DNA from: Ramazzottius varieornatus
Lineage: Eukaryota; Animalia; Tardigrada
Direction: 5' to 3'
Assembly: GCA_001949185.1 (NCBI GenBank)
Contig: BDGG01000011.1
Location: forward strand, 889,552 to 953,551
DNA: 64,000 nt
Below the pieces are notes generated by a model that had not been told where the DNA came from, ran no database searches, and saw only the letters and a list, made by a program, of their open reading frames with translations. The position numbers and the translations under genes were made by a program. Below, piece after piece: positions 38,003 to 50,951 of this stretch (position 1 is its first letter; the number at the start of each line of letters is the position of its first letter).

Positions 38003-40590
38003 TATGGGCTCTGGGCAGAGCTCCTCAGAAGTCTGGGGTCACGGCGTACAGTAGAGACATAATCGATGAAATTTGGACAAAGGCCATGGTAGCTCACGAG
38101 GGGATTATGCCTGTCCTCCGCCTTCCCGAAATGTTCTGGTATGATAGAACGGTAGAGAAGAGTCTGCTCTATCATTTGAAACAGGCGTGGCCTGCCGGAT
38201 AAAATCCTGGAAGCCTATACAGGAACCGGAAGTGACGTCAAAATCTGGGCGGTACGCATCTATTGATTTTATCGGGCTTACTTATTATTCAAACTCAACT
38301 TCAGCTTATCAGGGAAGGTGAATCTTACAGAGGTGATATTCCTCGTAAAAGTGATGAAAACATAAAGGAGCTTTACACCATCCACATTTCAGAAGCAAGG
38401 AACGTTCACAGTTATCATAGTCACAACGACCAATCAGTCCTTGGAAACACAATTCCGTTGGATTAACATATTCTACGGACCTGTCAATATACCCTGACAA
38501 ATGCCAAGCTTGAGCAATGAGATTAGCAAATCTGGGGGAAGTAAACTGCTGGTGAATCAGGGAATGCATTTTTAATATGACGTCCCGATGGTGCACTTGA
38601 ACCGGCTGATCGTTCAAGAATATCCAGTTCGAAACCTTCCTGAAGTACCCCTTGTACATCCGGAAGCAAAGAACGTCCAGTGGCTGAATCTGGCCCGTGA
38701 CTTTAGGTGGTATAGTGATCATTTCGTATTCCAATTCCTCCGGTTTGACTTCATCCACGGCTTCTTGGTCAGCAAACGTCGGCCAAGAATCAGCAAGGAA
38801 TATACAGTGCTAATTCATCTGCGGGAAGAAAACCTTCTTGCACCATTCGATGTATAGCTGCTTGGTCATCTTGCCAGACGTGGAAGCAGTGACATACAGG
38901 TTACCAGCTTTGAACATGGACTTTTTTACAAGCGGTCCGAAGATTTCTTTGGGTTCTTGCAGCGTGATGAAGAGAACGGGCAGAAACTTGCGAACACCTG
39001 GGGAGACGCACATCGTCACCGTGTAGCTGTGAGTCATCGAGTTCTGAGACTGTGTAACTGCCAGAACGTGCTTTGCACCGACGAAATCCAGAGTTCGACC
39101 TGGCCTCATTTCGTACTCAAACCCACTTTGGTCAGCATTCCACAGACAGTCTTCCCCGTACGCCAGGATTCTTTCTCTAACCATAGCAACGCACTCTTCG
39201 GCGCGCTTCTTCCTATCCGGCTCTGCCTTGAGATACTTTTCGGTGACGAACTTGGTAATCTTCCTGTCACAAATGTTGTAGTACCTATAAACTAGCGACA
39301 AGGTTAGGAACGACGAACACCTGAATTGGTCTGTAAATGGTCAAGGTCGGACATGAATCTTACTTTTTGAACTTTCCGACCCAATGGGGAGAGCCTGTGA
39401 AACCGGAAAGACAAATCTTAAGGTTCGCTGTAACTGCCCATTGCTGGATATCCAAATCCTTCACTACATTAGACTTGGCCAGGAAAAACTTCTCTCCTGT
39501 TTCCAGTCGTATCGCCTTCAGCTTATCGATCCGCGAGCCTCCTTCTTCAACGTGACGTCCCCATTCTCTCAGCTGGCGCGTACTGGTGACTTTTCTGAAC
39601 AGCTTCTGCACACTGGAAAGGCTACGACGTTGCTTGGAAGAGACATTAACTCAGTAAGCGACAGCACGTTTCTTGTAGGCTAAATCAGCTGCCTGGGTTA
39701 ATGTCACTTTGTGATTCGGGATTCGAGGTACAAACAGCTCATGAGAAGATGGTTCTGTTCCACCTGAAGGAGGTTCGGTAAGGCGATCATTCGGAATGGA
39801 TTCGAAGTCTGCTTCGCTATGTCCATGGAGTAGGTTGTTTCAGCCATTGACTTTTCCAGCTCATCGAACGTTAGCACGCCAACGGGTAGCTCCTACGCGA
39901 GATCTTCTTCGATGGCCGATATCGGACTTCCCGCTAGGTCGATCTGGACGTCTAAGAAATCTGGAAGCACAAGGTCAAGCCTGAGACATGCTTATAAATA
40001 GCGATGTAAGGTTGAAAGTTTACCTTACCCTTGATGATTGTCTTTAACATCCTGTCAAATTCGCTCGGCGAGTCGCAGAGTTGGAAATGTTGCTCGTAGT
40101 CCGACTGCAGTAGTTTCAAGATGTTGAGGGGATTAACTGAATCCATGGGGCTTTCGGAAGGAGAAGAAGAGAAGAAAGAAATTCTTGAAACAGACGCGAT
40201 GAGGTTGCATACTAAAGCACGATGTAGCTCTGTCAATCAGTAACGAATCAACAACGTGGGAATCAAACCGCTTGATTGACTAACTATGTACCGCCCAGAT
40301 TTCGACGTCACTTCCGGTTCCTGTATAGGCTTCCAAGATTTCATTCGGCAGTCTACGCCAGTTTCAGATGATGGAGCAGACTCTTCTCTACCATTCTATC
40401 ATATCAGAATATTTCGGGAAGGCGGAGGACAGGCATAATCTCCTCGTCAAGGGTGGGGGCCGGGGCCTGCCATGTGGAGGCCAAGAAGTCTCAAGAAATT
40501 GCAGGAACAATCCTTGCCTTTGTCAAATTTCATCAGCTGTGCCTCTACGCCATGGCCCCAGACTTCTGAGGAACCTTGCCCACAGTCCAT
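38003..40590 (-). mobile_element. Tc4/Tc5-like (pogo-superfamily) DNA transposon with long inverted repeats and an intron-containing, nonsense-mutated transposase
   Basis: Motifs LWNADQSGFEYE, MTHSYT, ASTSGKMT, FLADSW, IPPKVTGQIQPLD (37 residues between 2nd and 3rd Asp), C-terminal CGWC...CFHHF. In-frame TAG at 38810-12. Inverted repeats 38095-38254/40288-40447 and about 38003-38082/40520-40590. Confidence 0.88.
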
Positions 40591-40707
40591 TATCCGGAGT
40601 GTTAAGAACATTGAATAAGAAAAGAGTGAAATACGCCAGGGTTGCGGTACTCATTGTCAATTTCACATGGCTAATTACTACAGCTGTCGTGAAACATAGG
40701 ACAAAAA

Positions 40708-41360
40708 TAAGGGCTTACAAAGACTAAGCTGGCTTCGTGGTGTAATTACACCAGCTACCTTGGTGGATACGCCCAGAAATTTTTTTAACCAGTTAGGAAA
40801 GCGGTGTAACGGCTCGCTTTGAAAGTCTCGCACTGCAGGTAAGTACGATTGGACGAATATGAGATCTCTGATGTCGAAGGAACCACCATACACTCACCAG
40901 TAGGACGAGTAGCAAGAAAATTCATCATGGAAGTGACATTTGAAAGNNNNNNNNNNNNNNNNNNNNNNNNNNNNNNNNNNNNNNNNNNNNNNNNNNGAGT
41001 CGTTCCGGAGCGACTCGTAATTACACCGAAAGTGTAACGTCTGGTGGAATGAATAGGCCAATCGTAAGGGTGTGGTGGAGCCAATTACACCAGCGTAGTA
41101 ATCTATCTTTGTAAGCCCTTTCAAATGTCACCTTCCATGATGAAGTTTCTTGCTACTCGTCCTACTGGTGAGTGTATGGTGGTTCCTTCGACATCAAAGA
41201 TCTCATATTTGTCCAATCGTACTTACCTGCAGTGCGGGGCTTTCAAAGCGAGCCGTTACACCGCTTTTCTAACTTGGTGAACACAAATTTCTGGGCGTAT
41301 CCACCAAAGTAGCTGGTGGAATTACACCACGAATCCAGCTTAGTCTTTGTAAGCCCTTAT
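40708..41360. mobile_element. Foldback/MITE with about 240 bp inverted arms and an internal gap
   Basis: 40708-40946 is the reverse complement of about 41118-41360 (taagggcttacaaagac ... gtctttgtaagccctta); Ns at 40947-40996. Confidence 0.82.
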
Positions 41361-41486
41361 TGTTCACGACTTTTCAGCTATGCTGGATTACTGGATAATT
41401 CCATTACTGTACGCTAGTGTGTTGCTAAGAAACCACAAAACTAGAAACGCTCCCTGCGCAGTGCAATCCGGAAGAGAAGTACGAGG

Positions 41487-41571
41487 AATGCTCGTCTGTC
41501 GGTGATCACGCGGTGCTGTTTACTATTCACTGTTGTGTTGCAGTATACGTAATCACCGACATGCAAGCATT
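41487..41571 (+). ncRNA. Candidate pre-miRNA-like hairpin (85 nt)
   Basis: aatgctcgtctgtcggtgatcacgcggtgctgt pairs with gcagtatacgtaatcaccgacatgcaagcatt (about 30 bp imperfect stem with G-U pairs, about 20 nt loop). No known family recognised. Confidence 0.25.
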
Positions 41572-41886
41572 ATTTTCGTTGTAGATCACATACAGCTGGT
41601 GTCAGATACAATCAAAGCTGACCAGCGGCTAAGTCCACTCCCTATGCTAACCTGGGAAGGAAGAAGTTCCTCAATGGGTGTCTGGATCTCACAGTCCATA
41701 AAAGTCTCGTAAGTCTTCGTTACGAATGATGCCGGTAAGCAAATGTTGCAACAGAATAAGGGAGCATGCATGCTGGAATTTGACTCGAATTTGGCTTTCT
41801 AACGTCACAATGACGTTATGTAGCATGAAAATGCGTAGGTGGTCTTTCGGGCATCAAGCCCCTTGGCGAGGATGTGTCAGTTATCG

Positions 41887-42053
41887 GTCACCCCTGAAAT
41901 TTTCCAGTGTTTTTGTGAGACTTTGAGCCACGGCAAGGTACGGCAAAGCTACCATCCGATGGCCCTGAACCTTCTTTCATACTTCATGTCAACAAAAAGG
42001 TTCTTTGGAGATAAAAAATGGTCCGAAAATTGGGCCGGCGAAACCCATATGTA
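41887..42053. repeat. Partial second copy of the 21358-21808 MITE
   Basis: Shares gagactt(c/t)gagccacggc(g/a)aggtacggcaaa and cgaaacccatatgtaca. Confidence 0.65.
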
Positions 42054-42144
42054 CACTTTCTCGCAATAATGACCGACCCCCCCCCCCCCCCCATNNNNNN
42101 NNNNNNNNNNNNNNNNNNNNNNNNNNNNNNNNNNNNNNNNNNNN

Positions 42145-42512
42145 TCACGGTACAGTCTGCCGAAGCCGAAAACTAGCCTTTTTTGGAGCCCGCGTAGATT
42201 GGCTCACGCGTCAACTAGAGCATCGTCTTCATTGCTCAAAACTTGTTCCGGGGTTGGAAGCTGGAAGTGTTGCAGAATTTTAAGTTCGGCGGAAGATATG
42301 CAGTAAAACCAAAGCTGGACATGTAATTTCCAGTGAAAACGACTCTCAGATCGCTGGATGGCGCTCGTCAGCGGAACTTCCCGATTGCCACGATTTTTTC
42401 TTTCGGTGGTGGCCTGACATGTGATCTATTTTTGAGCAATGAAGACGATGCTCTAGTTGACGCGTGGGCCCCAAAAAAGGCTAGTTTTCGGCTTCGGTAG
42501 ACTGTACCGTGA
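42145..42512. mobile_element. MITE with about 80-95 bp inverted arms abutting an assembly gap
   Basis: tcacggtacagtctgccgaagccgaaaactagcc...gtcttcattgctcaaa is inverted to tttgagcaatgaagac...ggctagttttcggcttcggtagactgtaccgtga. Confidence 0.82.
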
Positions 42513-42862
42513 CACTTTATTTTGTTGATCGTGTCCCTCAAAAGTCACGTGTCCGGATAGAAGAAATCTTGTGTATTTTAACGCAGTTCAAAACATCCAG
42601 ATTGGACGACCGTATCGGAAGATACGAATTTCTAAACGCAAGGATTTGGGGGTCGGTCATTATTGGAAGACATTGTAGAAGAGGAGCCTGTTCTGCCTAG
42701 TCTTACTGCCCTTATACAAGGCCTGTTCGTCCAGTGTGCGTCACCTGATCAACAGCTCATTAGTCGTGATCAACGCGCAAGAGGGGCAAAACAGTCGAAA
42801 GTTCTCGGATCTATTTAGCGCCGAAAGTTAATGAAGTGTGAGATCCGAGACCTCAAACTTTT

Positions 42863-43040
42863 CCGGTGCCCTGGCTGAATCTCCTGTGACAATTTCCCCC
42901 AACGTACTCCTTTCCCTAAGTGAAAAACCTAACAGCCTCGGCGGCGAAGAACACATTTACTTAAAACCGAAGCCAGGCCCGAACAGCTCCATCCCCTAAG
43001 AACTAACCTCGGATCCGAAGATCACCTTCGCTGAAGAACT
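42863..43040 (+). repeat. Arm of a repeat family with CCGGTG terminus and about 16 bp periodic CCGAA(G/C)A(A/G)C subrepeats
   Basis: acaatttcccccaac (42889-903) is identical to the reverse complement of 62837-51; several gaagaac/gaacagc motifs. Confidence 0.55.
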
Positions 43041-44519
43041 TCCTCCAGTTCTCACTTCCTCCTGATGACCCCCCTCCCCCCCTGAATGGCGTCGTAAGAA
43101 TCGCTGACGACTGCTTCAACCAAAGGCCACCAATTGGCTGCGGAAGCCAATGGGGTGCACGACTCTCGCAGGGAACGCATGAGTGTTAAGGCGTGTCCAG
43201 CCATGGTTCATTTTGATGACTGAACGTGTGCACGGGCGTTTCATTCGCTTAGTTTATACCCAGCGCACGCACAGTTCCGTCCTACTGAAATGCGGCGTCT
43301 TTTGTGTGCGCACCTTTTTTTGCAGCCATCCCACCTGTAAGAGGAGCAAAGCCTAACTTTTCTGACTCGCCAAATTAGCGAATACTTTTCTAACTGACGA
43401 CTTTCTCAATAGTCTTCCAGCAAGAAATTGTCAGATTCATTTGTAAATTTGTCGCAACACTTTGCCTCAATCTGGACCAGCTTGGTTCAGAAACAAGTGA
43501 TATATCGTAGTGCAAATAGTTCAGGAAGGAGGGTCGTTTGAAAATGGCTCCCGATATTAACTTAGGGAGACAACTGTCTGTAGACGGCGTACGGTAGCTA
43601 AGAGCAGCTGGTTTAGTTAACCGCATATGTGCCGTGCTAAACGGAAATCGCGCAGTTGTGGTGCAGCTTTACGGCTGGGTTCTATTCGAAATCGGAACAG
43701 CTAAGACTTTGCTAACTTGCGAGCGAATTGTTGGCGACTTTGCATAGTAGTTCAGTCGTATGTAACGCAGACAGTAGAAATAAACTGTCTGCGTGGTAGG
43801 TGCACACTGACGGTTACCATCAGTTCTATCGAAGATCGGAACAGCTAAAACTTTGCTAACTCTTGCTCGGTCCTTATGGCGGTAGAACATTATCAGCTGA
43901 ACAAGATACAAGATCGCGCCACCTGCAGAATTCGACCTAGCAAAGTATGCTCGTTAGAAAAGTAACGCTTTGTTCCTCGTACAGTACAAGTACAGGGGAA
44001 GCACCCCTATCGGACATGGGCTCCGCAGCGCTAACAGCCCGGGGCTGTACTTCACTTCTCGGATGACGTAGTAATCGGATGCAACGAATCTTTACGGTTT
44101 CTAGAGAAAAGGCGAGAAAGAGCTTAAGCCAGCAGGTCAGTTCCGCCGTCCGGGAACACAATTGAAAAGGCGTGCGAGCGATTAGCGAAGTGCGTGTTCG
44201 GTGCAACATGCATTGATTCAATTGACTCAAACGTGCTTTGTCCGGCAGGGGTATTTCATTCTACTGTCGCTCGGTTCGAACGGCTATCATTACAGTCTTC
44301 ATCCCGGTTTCAAACCAATGTGGTGGCGTGGCTAATTAATCACTCAAACGATGGAGCAAGTTCCCAGATTACGGTAACTGATCTTAAGTGTATGGGAAAT
44401 GTTTACGTTGCAAGATTCACGGGTAGGCGGCGATCTGGGACGATAAACTGGAATTAATCGTTTCAGGGGGAAAGTGCCTATGAGAACCGAAGTTGTCAGG
44501 AACCGTGGTTAATCGGAGA

Positions 44520-44663
44520 GGAAGTTCTTTGGGAACTTGGCAAAGTTCAAGGGAAAGCGCTGTTCGAGGACGAAGTATTTAGGGGAAAGAGTTCTTGTGA
44601 TTCGAGGTTTTTCAGAGCAGCGTTTAGGAGAAACTGTAGTCAAGAGATAATGTGCCCCACCGG
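44520..44663 (-). repeat. Opposite-orientation arm of the same 16-bp-periodic family
   Basis: Reverse complement ccggtggggcacattatctcttgactacagtttctcctaaacgctgctctgaaaaacctcgaatc aligns with 61906 ccggtgcggtacgttatctcctagctccaactcctcctaagcgtggctccgaagaacctcgaacc. Confidence 0.6.
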
Positions 44664-47600
44664 TTGGAACTACCTACGTATACTCATCCCGGGGCACTTC
44701 GTCTTATGCTCCGGTATGATGTCATCGTCCGTTATTTGATCCATGCGCCCGCATTTTTTCCTACGCTTACTTCTTCGCTAGAATCCTCTACACAAAAACA
44801 CTTGCCACGGATGGCTTCCATGACATTTAACACCACGAAATGTGCTAGAAAGTATGGAATACCTTACCTGTACATACCCTGCCAAAGCTGGGTGATCAGT
44901 CACTTCGCGCGATACTTCTCCATCAAGAAAACTATCCAGACAACGACTCTCGAATAATCACAAGCGGTAAAAGATTTTTCCCATTTAACAGACTCCAAAG
45001 CCACCTTACGTTTATTATTTTAGGCACTTCGTCCAGAACGTGATAGCTCAGGCTCTTGGCTCTCTACAGAGTATCTACAGGAGCAGTTTTCGGGTTGACC
45101 TGTGCGGTGCCGTATGGACCGTAACACTGGTTCCACAGTGGACAACGCATCTTCGGGATTTTCTGTAGCCAAGCGTCCCAGCTATCACGTTAAAGCACTG
45201 AAATCGTGGCCGGCGAATGACACGATCTGAATGGTCCCCCATGAGCCTCATAAGTGAGTAGGAACCCTACATTCACGTTTGAAAATTTGCGTCTCCGCTC
45301 AAATTCGCCCAATTCCAACCTTGCATAAAGCACTGTAAAGGTAAGTGCTGTTGCCTGCATTCTGACCACGTGACTTTCGAGTGATCGCAGCAACGAATCA
45401 ACTGAGTGGGTGCCAGTAGAAAACGGTCACTTGGCACGCCAAAAGAGCAAAGGGCGGAGCTCGATGCCAATAGAAATAGTCATTTTGCTGTCACGCCTCC
45501 TCCACACTGGCCGGTCGATTGTTGTTCTGTGGCTGGGACAGGGTGCATATTCCGATCATCACTATATTCCGATCACCCTGATGTCACGGCCACCAGAACC
45601 GTTGCTGAAACCTCCTGGATTCCTCAAGGTATCAGCTGTGGTCCAGATACCACCCCACAAGTAACCCAAATAACACATGAAAATGAGATTGCTGGTCTTA
45701 CATTGGGAGATAGAAGTTTATGGGTCATGAAAAAGTTCTGAGTTTCTCAAGGTTTCCACCAAAATATGCGAGAAGTTCAAGATATAGGCAACCGAGCTTC
45801 CATGGTCTTTCTGGTATAGAAAAACCGGTTGGGAAGCAGGCGATACCATAGAAATCGGAGCAATTATCAGCAGCTGTTCGAGTAACTCTCGACGATTGCA
45901 GCAGCCGGAGAACCTTGTTCTCTCAGAATCCTATGGTGAGCCGCGCGACTCAAAAGTCCACAGTACCTTCATCGCGGGTGGATACGCGGAGAAACTCATT
46001 CGCGGTGAAATACTTTTTCACCGCGAATGAGAAATCAGGTCAGAAGAAATCAAAGAATCGGCTTGTAATTTTTATGCTTTATTCTGATGTCGCGTTCGGC
46101 CCTCCCAAAACCCTCAGCGTCACTGAGAAGCCGCTGGTTGCTCGACGGATGACCGCAGAAACATTATTCTGTTTTAAGGTGGAAAAAGGCTTGTGACATC
46201 AGGGTCATTATAACAAAACTTTCGGTACATGGTCAACGGTGCAAGTCATAAAGCATCCACTTAAAACACTCATGGACCCACACGGACAGAGGTTTTCCTG
46301 TCCCATACACCATGGCACACGAGCTACAGTGGGCAGGTTACGATCCCACGCGCTCAGTCTGTTAGGTCACGATCAGCTGATCGGTGAACCAAGGTGGTAG
46401 TGTGGCAGTACCACTAATCAACCGTACACCACACAATCGGCTGGGATGACATAGCGATCAGTTAGAATTCAGATGCGACGAAACGCAACCTGCTCACTGT
46501 AGTTCAAGTGCCATGGCCAATGGGACAGGAGAACCTCCGCACACGGAATCTTTGCCTCTGGCATACCAAGCTGCGAGGCAGCCGAAGGCAAGCGAACAGC
46601 TTGTACTATTACATTATCGTCAAAGTTGTCATCTTTGCACGGGCAGACGTACTGTATTCCGTCGATAGTTCTGCGAATTACGTCATCATGCCAGTAAATT
46701 ACACCCGCACTGGTATCTCTGATTGTTTGATTGTCGCCCCTCATTACACTTGACTGGGGAGCAGTCTTTGATTGACGGTATAGATACTTTCTGTTCTCCA
46801 TTCGGTCCCTAGAGCCGCTTCGTTGTATCGTCCGTGTACCTGAAGAGGACGATATAGATACATTAATGCAAACAAAAAGCTTGGCGATTTGCGAAAAGGC
46901 GGTACCCCACTATCGATATGAGTCGAGGAGACACGCAATACGGCAGGGGACAAAAGCTGGGGTCTGAATAGCGTTTAGCTTACCATCCTTATTTTCGATG
47001 ATCGTCTGGCAAGAGGAGCAAAATTCCACGGAAACAAGGAATAGTGAGTTTGCATAAACACAGCTCTAGTCGGTATCTATAGAATCTATCCTAATCTCGC
47101 AAGAATAGCACCCTATGTGACCATCAAATCCGTTTACACCAAGGGCCGCCAGTAGAGCATTAAAAAATAAAAGGGAGAAATACACCAGCCTTGCGGAACT
47201 CATGTTCAATTGGCTTCACGTGAACGTTTCATCGCTGACGGCAATCTATTACAGCTGAGCCAGACAGAAAGTCTGAATATGATTGGCCGGTACCTAGAAT
47301 TGAACTGACCTCGCAGTGCATAGTCTCATCAGAACAATGCGTTGCTGAGACACAGTGCAAACAGAAGAACCTTGCCGCAAGCGCGATTCCTGCAGAAACA
47401 GATCATGGGGTCGGCGTGAAGTACGGTCACGACTAACTAGCGGCTCAGCACCTCGACATCTTCTGTTATCAGGTTAGCGAGGCAAATGTTCTTCATTGTT
47501 TCTAACCTCGTCCCCATCAATATGACAAGAAGCGGTCACATGTTCCACGTTTCAGAAACCAAAATGAAAAGACCCATGGTACGAGCGGGGTGAAGCTGAT

Positions 47601-48102
47601 TAGCGCTCAGGAGGGTCAGACTGTAGAAGAGTTGCTAGCTGGACAAGAAGACAGAAGCCTCATCTGCGATTTATTTTCGCTTCCATTTTGTGTTGAACTT
47701 GTTGAATCCCAATTGTCTTATTCTATTGATATTTCACGCAGCACTCTTAAGTAGAGGCTTTCAAGACAGGTCTTTTCAGAGCTACGTACTCCAGCAGATC
47801 ATCGGGTTCCTAGTTGGTCAACTGTCAGATTAGCCCAAACGAAACATACGGACTGCAAGCACGTACCTCCTTCCGCGTGATCCATAGATCCTCCTCAAGG
47901 TCCACTGCTACAAACAAGCGGAATTTCCGCAGATAGTTGCTGGGTCCCGTACTCTGGAAGCATCACATGTTGTTGATCGAGGGGATGATCGAGCAACTAT
48001 CGTATTGATAGCTTGCAATAACTCCCGGTTCAAAATCACGCACTCGAACTGGCCTGAAGTCCCAGCTGTGAAATATGTTCCCGTAATTTCTATTTTTCTG
48101 TC

Positions 48103-48790
48103 ATGGTTCCAGTCCGCTGTTTTGATGCTCGCAGCATTCCCGATGACAGATATGGCGACTATTTTTCGCCGACGACAAATCTGACATCAGCAAACCAGAC
48201 AGCCGCAATTAACGATTTCGACCGATGCACATTTCTGCCAGTGTACGAAACTGCCGCCACACCTCTCGGCACTATTCTCAATGCTTTCGTCCTGGTAATC
48301 CTTGTCAAGAAACAGCGTTCCAAGCCATCTTTCAACATCTACCTCATCCACCTCAGCATCTCCAACTTGGCCTTTTCCACGATTATCCAACCCTTCGAGA
48401 TACTCAACGCGGTTAAGTCCATGCGCCACTGGGGAACTATGCTTGCATCTGGTACTGGTACACCTCGCTGCTGCTCCACGGATGCGTCGTCAACTCTCAC
48501 GCTCTGCTGACCATCAACCCTTTATGGGCAGTTGTGTTTCCCAGCCACTACCATCGAGTCCTGAAAAACCATGTCCAGCTGTCAGTATCATCAGCGGTTC
48601 CGCCATTGCTATTTTCGGCATCGTTCACGACGGTAAAATTTGCGCACCTAACACCACCGTAGGCAGTCGAAAAGTTTGGAGCCATGTGGCTCAACTGCTA
48701 CTCTAGGATGTCCCGTTGGTGGTTCTGATTGTGGGCCTTCCTGTCGTTGGTACAAACGGAGGCCTCATATGCTGAACCGCGTCGGCCAAA
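48103..48790 (+). pseudogene. Frameshifted rhodopsin-like GPCR (N-terminus to about TM5)
   Basis: TM1 LGTILNAFVLVIL, TM2 FNIYLIHLSISNL, and after a frameshift TM3 NSHALLTINPLWAVVFPSHYHR; then further frameshifts and stops. Confidence 0.75.
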
Positions 48791-49341
48791 CTCGGAACAC
48801 CGTAATGAAAGACTCAGCATTACCTGCTGCAAAAAGCAGCGGGTAAAGTGATCGATCGACTTGTCTAACAGGGCATATAGGTAACAACGGCACCTTTCGC
48901 AAATAGTGTCGGATAATTTTCACTCAATAGACCGACGTTTAACACCAATTTAGGATCCGGTTCGCTGACCGAAGCCGACTAATGTAGTCACGTTGTTAAT
49001 AGCTGTCAGCTGACAAGCCTTGAACTTGCTACGTTCTTGTGGGCCAAGCGAGGTAATTTTTTCGCCGTTGTCTGCTGATATCAATAGCACGAGTAATATT
49101 TCCATGTTGTATACCGAGACCACCACGATGAGCTGACACATCGCAACGTGCTGTAGCGCAGTATGGGTAACTCCTACAACTTTACGTAGGCTCTTCAATT
49201 AGTATAATGCAATTAGCTCCCCAGCTAAGACGTTCTGACTCGAAATGGGTCGACAAGCGGAAATCATCACAGACGTGGAGCTGGACAAATACCCTCATAT
49301 CATACACAAGCTTACGGCTGGTCGAGGTGTTAGATATTGAA

Positions 49342-50862
49342 TTAGGGGCTGCAAATGATGTACTTGTGGGTCAGGTCGGCGAAGTAAGCCCACATGCGAC
49401 GCAAGCCACAAGTGCCAGGCACAACGTCGATATCGTTGACGCCGGTGATATACCATCCAGACCATGACGAGTTAGACCACTGAATCTGGTACGCCACAAC
49501 ATCACCGCCCAGCAGAATTTGATCTACGTTGGTGTTCAAACCAGTTTTCCACTGAGCATTACCGGTTGGGCCAACGGTACTCTCCACGCATTGCGATTGG
49601 GTGGACAGCGAAGGAGTACCACAACCGCAACCTGCACACGAAGCACTCGTGGTGGTAGGTGGTGGAGCACCAGCTGTAGTGGTAGGTGGAAACCCAGCAG
49701 TAGTAGTAGATGGGAATCCAGCCGTAGTACTTGGCGGAGTGGTAGACACCATCACGGTCGAGGCCATCACAGTGGTCGGTGCACCGGTGGTAGAAGCTGG
49801 GACAACGGTGGTGGTACGGGTGGTAGTTATTGGTACTGTCGTGGTAGGGACCACAGTGGTTGATGGACGAGTGGTGGAGGCCATGATGGTGGTTGGTGCA
49901 ATGGTGGTGGAAACTGGGACAACGGTGGTGGTACGGGTGGTGGTTATTGGTACTGTCGTGGTAGGGACCACGGTGGTTGATGGGCGCGTAGTGGAGGCCT
50001 GGATGGTAGTTGGTGGTGTCGAAGTGGTAGTTGTGGGGCATCCTGTGGTGACGTTACCCGCGGCACAGCACTGAGCAACTTGATTCATTTCTGACAGCGG
50101 TCGGCACGTGTAACCTGGTGCAGCGGGGTTGGGATCGAAAAATTGACCTGGATCACAATTTACCTGCTGACCATTAAACGCACAACCAAGAGTTGCAGCA
50201 TCGCAGCAACAGAACTGATTAGTGCAGGCATTGCGATAGGCTGTATAGAGAGAAGCGACATCAGAGGGAGGTGGGCCGTTGGGAGCTGTACTCGGGTTGG
50301 CACAGTAGCTACTACATGTCACATCCGCGGCGCTTGTGGTCGTACCCTGCAAACAACGTGAGTTACGGGTGAACATCGAAGTGGTGCGGAATACAGCTTC
50401 TTAACTCTTATGTTGCTGTACCTGTGTAGTCACCGGGCTAGTGATCCTCGTGGTAGTTCTCTGCGTGGTGGTTGAGGGACAACCTACCGTAACGTTGCCC
50501 CAAGCGCAGCACTGGGCAATCTGGTTCATCTCGGAGAGTGGACGACAGGTGTATCCCGGCGCGGCAACGTTTGGGTCGAACACGTATCCGGGATCACAAG
50601 TAACCTGCTGGTTGTTATACTGACATCCAAGAGCCGCTGCGTCGCAGCAGCAGAACTGGTTCGTGCAACCGTTGACAAGAGCAGTGTAGAGAGGTGGATT
50701 CCCGACGTCCGCCGGAGGTATCCCTGTGGGCGCGGTGGCTGGGTTAGTGCAGTAACCGGCACAGGAAACATCAAGTGGCGACCTGGTAGTTTGAGCCAAA
50801 ACACCCTGGAATAAAAGAAAGGTCGAGACAAGAACAAGGAAAACACCCGTAGAGGAAGCCAT
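49342..50862 (-). CDS. Secreted protein: 2 Cys-rich (chitin-binding type 2-like) repeats, Thr-rich mucin tract and C-terminal AMNP/g12777-like domain; 2 exons
   Basis: Signal peptide MASSTGVFLVLVSTFLLFQGVLA; phase-0 intron 50347-50421. Two 12-Cys repeats containing CDPG(Y/Q)xFDP, then 40-aa Thr repeats. C-terminus YQIQWSNSSWSGWYITGVNDID...RRMWAYFADLTHKYIIC. Confidence 0.85.
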
Positions 50863-50945
50863 GATGGGAGATGTATAACAGAAACTTTCGAGAAAGCCCA
50901 AGACTGGTGGAACAAGATAGCGAAGTCCAGTCTCGACGGCTAGAC

Positions 50946-50951
50946 TTTATA
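50946..50951 (-). promoter_or_regulatory. Putative TATA box of the 49342-50862 gene
   Basis: TATAAA on the minus strand about 85 nt upstream of the ATG. Confidence 0.4.

Noticed and set aside
11641-42144. Three 50-N blocks (11641-90, 40947-96, 42095-144) as biological features
   Set aside because: Assembly gaps at hairpins or homopolymers; true lengths are unknown, so adjacent foldback sizes are uncertain.
44650-47000. Short ORFs possibly from a decayed gene or retroelement
   Set aside because: No motif I can recognise with confidence.
49519-50074. Val/Gly-rich and His-rich ORFs overlapping the mucin tract
   Set aside because: Antisense and alternative-frame shadows of the Thr-rich repeat.
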